Shown: one piece after another, positions 61,318-64,000 of the stretch
How the letters are laid out: each line of letters begins with the position of its first letter
Position numbering within the stretch: position 1 is the first letter of the stretch
IMG/VR virus record: IMGVR_UViG_3300025617_000008
Source: an uncultured virus (IMG/VR IMGVR_UViG_3300025617_000008)
Taxonomy: Duplodnaviria; Heunggongvirae; Uroviricota; Caudoviricetes
Reading direction: 5' to 3' (one strand)
Length of the DNA stretch: 64,000 nucleotides
The notes under the pieces: model-generated
Database searches by the model: none
Seen by the model: only the letters and a program-made list of their open reading frames with translations
Told to the model about the DNA's origin: nothing
Position numbers and translations under genes: made by a program

Positions 61318-62979
61318 TTATTCCTCATCATTATCCCTGTTTGTTTTAATAGGCGAAACACTTAAAGGATCATTGTTCTCATGTTCTTTCCACGGTTCGT
61401 GCTGTGGAATACGCTTCATAATGCTTTCTAGGCCTTCATCGCTTTGATATTCTTTGTTAGCCCAAGGAAGTTTTATATCTGTAACACTATTTAAGTGAGT
61501 TGAAAGTTGCTGTGCAACTGTTACAGATGCTACTGCTCCTGGCTCTGCTACTTGAGCAGGATCGCAATTCATTTCAATCTTATCAGCAGTTTCTCTATGG
61601 AAGTTTTTACTGCTTATATTTGTACTATCGTTAGATCTAATTCTTGTATTTTTCACTGATGTTGTGTTAACGTTATCTGCTTTAAGTTTATAATCTTTCT
61701 CAACAGTAACTTCCGTATTACCTTTAACATGATGTCTATCGGATCCGTCAATTACTGTGCTAACATCTTCAGTAACTTTTGTTGTCTTGAATCCGCCAAC
61801 AATAGTAGTTAGGTTTCCTGCGGCGTCAACATGTATGCGGCCTACCGTTGAAGGTGTTCCTGTATCTCCTGTTGGACTTTCTGTATTTGTTCCGCTTGCT
61901 TTAATATTGATATTTCTTTGTGCTTCCATATTGATATCTCTACCAGCATGAAAATTAAAATCTTGTTGTGTATGAACGCTTATACTGTCTTGAGCAAAGA
62001 TATCTATCTTTCCATCTGAGCTTAGTTCAATCCAGGCTGTTCCCCTGCTGTTACCAATATAAATTAAATCTTCTGAATTGTGTAACAGTATTTGATGTCC
62101 TGTTCTAGTTCGTAATCTAAAACTTTCACCATATGGTATTCTAACATCACCATCAGTTTCACCTTCTAGAACACTGGCATATTCTGGCGGCCCAGCATCT
62201 GCTGTTGTTTTCCTTAAAAATCGCTCGTCGCCGTCGTCCATGACAAACTGATGTCCGCCTAAGCGACTTACAAACTCTGTATTTCGTATTTCTTCTGTCG
62301 TCCCAACATCAGCTGTTTTTGCTCCGGGTCTTTTATCAATTGGACCAGGAGTACTAATACCATAAACATTAGAAATAGCAGTTCTAACCATTGTACTAGT
62401 ATGACTTCCTCTGATTGGATCTCCTATTAGTCCACTATCTAACAAAAATCCTGCTAATGGATGTACTGGTCTTTTATTTCTTTCAGCAAAACTATTTGCT
62501 TCAGTACTTTCTAACGCTGTGTTTACTTCTGCTACCGGTAATACTGTCGTTTGTCCATAATCTGCTTGTTGTTCCGGAGTAAGGTCAGCATTTGCGGCAG
62601 CCGCGATTCCTGGCACCATGTGATTTACACCAACTTGCGGTATAACGCCAATCCAGTACCAAGTTTTTGTGTCTTCTGTTTGGACTACTAATACTTGAGT
62701 TCCAATATCTGGCGGAACAAAACTCATACCATATGACTTTTGAGTATCATTATACGCTTTAGCATTGCCTGTGTTTTGTCCATTAAAGTCGCTGTTGGTA
62801 TAACCAAAGAACGGTGGAGCATAGTAAGCAGGAACATAGCTAGTCTCACTGCCATAAACGGCAGGGTCGTAACCTTCAATAGTTACAAATAGTGTGCCTG
62901 CTCCTTGTCCAACATCGTGTCCAATGACTCTAGCAGTTTTTGGACCTGAATATCCTACCTCTTGTTTACTAATACTCAT
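61318..62979 (-). CDS. Baseplate hub/central spike (gp5/VgrG-like)
   Basis: SYGMSFVPPDIGTQVLV (gp5 OB fold), GHQFVMDD, RTRTGHQILLHNSE, beta-helix repeats; no lysozyme domain seen. Confidence 0.82.
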   Translation of the reverse strand: MSISKQEVGYSGPKTARVIGHDVGQGAGTLFVTIEGYDPAVYGSETSYVPAYYAPPFFGYTNSDFNGQNTGNAKAYNDTQKSYGMSFVPPDIGTQVLVVQTEDTKTWYWIGVIPQVGVNHMVPGIAAAANADLTPEQQADYGQTTVLPVAEVNTALESTEANSFAERNKRPVHPLAGFLLDSGLIGDPIRGSHTSTMVRTAISNVYGISTPGPIDKRPGAKTADVGTTEEIRNTEFVSRLGGHQFVMDDGDERFLRKTTADAGPPEYASVLEGETDGDVRIPYGESFRLRTRTGHQILLHNSEDLIYIGNSRGTAWIELSSDGKIDIFAQDSISVHTQQDFNFHAGRDINMEAQRNINIKASGTNTESPTGDTGTPSTVGRIHVDAAGNLTTIVGGFKTTKVTEDVSTVIDGSDRHHVKGNTEVTVEKDYKLKADNVNTTSVKNTRIRSNDSTNISSKNFHRETADKIEMNCDPAQVAEPGAVASVTVAQQLSTHLNSVTDIKLPWANKEYQSDEGLESIMKRIPQHEPWKEHENNDPLSVSPIKTNRDNDEE

Positions 62980-64000
62980 TCCGAACCACCTTTTTTATAC
63001 ATATTTTTAACTGTGTATGTTCCTAGATCTGATCGTGATTGGAAATCACTTCCTAATAAACTCTGTGTTCTACCAGCGGCAGCAGATTGAGCTCCTGTGT
63101 TTAAAATCTCCGGGTCAACAGTAAGATCTTTAATTAAAGTAAGATTCTGTGTAAACACACCTTCTTCAAAATGATTTCTTATTAGTAATGCTCTATACAC
63201 TCCACTAAACGGATGATCTATTCCAGCATCTGGTGCTATAGGCAAGTTACTTCCAGGATATGGATAGTCTTGTATTGTTCTAAATCGAACATAGACTCTT
63301 ATTTCATGGCCTTCCCAAGCCATTGAACTAGGCAAGTAAGTTTGATTTCCTAGCCCGCCTGTAGGAATAAAATATGGATCTCCAAGTATTTTTAATTTGA
63401 GTTGAATTTGATATAAATTGTCAGCATCGTCTTCTTTGTTTGTTTGTCCTGTAACATTAGCGGCGACCCATCTAGCAACACTTAATTCAGCGGCATCAAT
63501 ACCTAAGCCGCCTGGCACAGCCGGAAAAGACTTTTTATCAGGTTCTGTTGGATATGCGCCTGGTGCTAGAAATGAAAATACATCGCTTCGGCCTTGTACT
63601 GGTTTAACCCAAGTATACTCTCCCTTGGCCAGTGTGTTGCTTTGCCTCTCAGCAAGAGTTTCAAACGAAGCATGATTTCCAGCAAGGAAAAATGCCGCAT
63701 TAAATTCTAGATTATAGTCTATAATGTCATCATTTTCGCCAGTATATAGATAAGAATAAACTTTTCTAATCACTTCAGTAGTTTTTTCAGTCATTTGAAC
63801 TTCAGTTGTTGACTGTTTTATTTGATCTAATTTTTTCTTAAAAGGCTTTACAGTGTAAATTAATTTTTTAGGAAACTTACCTGTTAATGGGTCAACTGGT
63901 CCTTCTGGGTCTAAAAATTCAGCTCTTTTTTCTACAGTAAAATAAATTGTGTCGCCGTCTTCGTCCGCTTCTTGAGCGGCTCTGGTGCCTACTGTAGTGT
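62976..64000 (-). CDS. Baseplate hub/tail protein (gp27-like), 5'-partial
   Basis: Frame stays open from the window end; LKILGDP and FSGVYRALLIRNHFEEGVFTQNLTL; immediately upstream of gp5. Confidence 0.65.
   Translation of the reverse strand, partial: TTVGTRAAQEADEDGDTIYFTVEKRAEFLDPEGPVDPLTGKFPKKLIYTVKPFKKKLDQIKQSTTEVQMTEKTTEVIRKVYSYLYTGENDDIIDYNLEFNAAFFLAGNHASFETLAERQSNTLAKGEYTWVKPVQGRSDVFSFLAPGAYPTEPDKKSFPAVPGGLGIDAAELSVARWVAANVTGQTNKEDDADNLYQIQLKLKILGDPYFIPTGGLGNQTYLPSSMAWEGHEIRVYVRFRTIQDYPYPGSNLPIAPDAGIDHPFSGVYRALLIRNHFEEGVFTQNLTLIKDLTVDPEILNTGAQSAAAGRTQSLLGSDFQSRSDLGTYTVKNMYKKGGSE

Noticed and set aside
1..64000. Alternative genetic code, introns, tRNAs
   Set aside because: Genes tile fully under the standard code, polymerase and thyX are uninterrupted, and no intergenic gap shows a cloverleaf.

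Overview
AT-rich fragment of a large T4-like (myovirus-type) bacteriophage genome, with no tRNA, rRNA, CRISPR array or IS element visible. The + strand (1-24270) carries an IscA/ErpA Fe-S carrier and a cluster of probable capsid-packaged internal proteins. It continues with a DsbA-like protein, a family B DNA polymerase, a probable sliding clamp, and a 7-deazaguanine DNA-modification region (TGT/DpdA-like transglycosylase, QueD-paralog with an LxxxHRHxF motif, GT-B glycosyltransferase, folE, queE; no queC or canonical queD in the window). Nucleotide salvage/repair genes, RNase H and thyX follow. The - strand (24227-64000) is the late morphogenesis block: gp27-like (partial), gp5, gp25, gp6, a 4939-aa baseplate protein and five paralogous tail fibres, followed by four glycosyltransferase-like genes and a radical SAM gene. 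Most notable observations: (1) the DpdA-like enzyme and the polymerase share the identical C-terminal peptide NTFNNLFD, suggesting clamp-tethered, replication-coupled base exchange; (2) a lipoprotein ORF with a perfect RBS is overprinted inside the QueD-paralog; (3) candidate pseudoknot leaders precede the polymerase and folE; (4) internal-protein polyproteins contain domains bounded by exact in-frame direct repeats; (5) a putative virion-glycosylation module lies beside the tail fibres. All functional calls come from motif recognition by eye; no searches were run.
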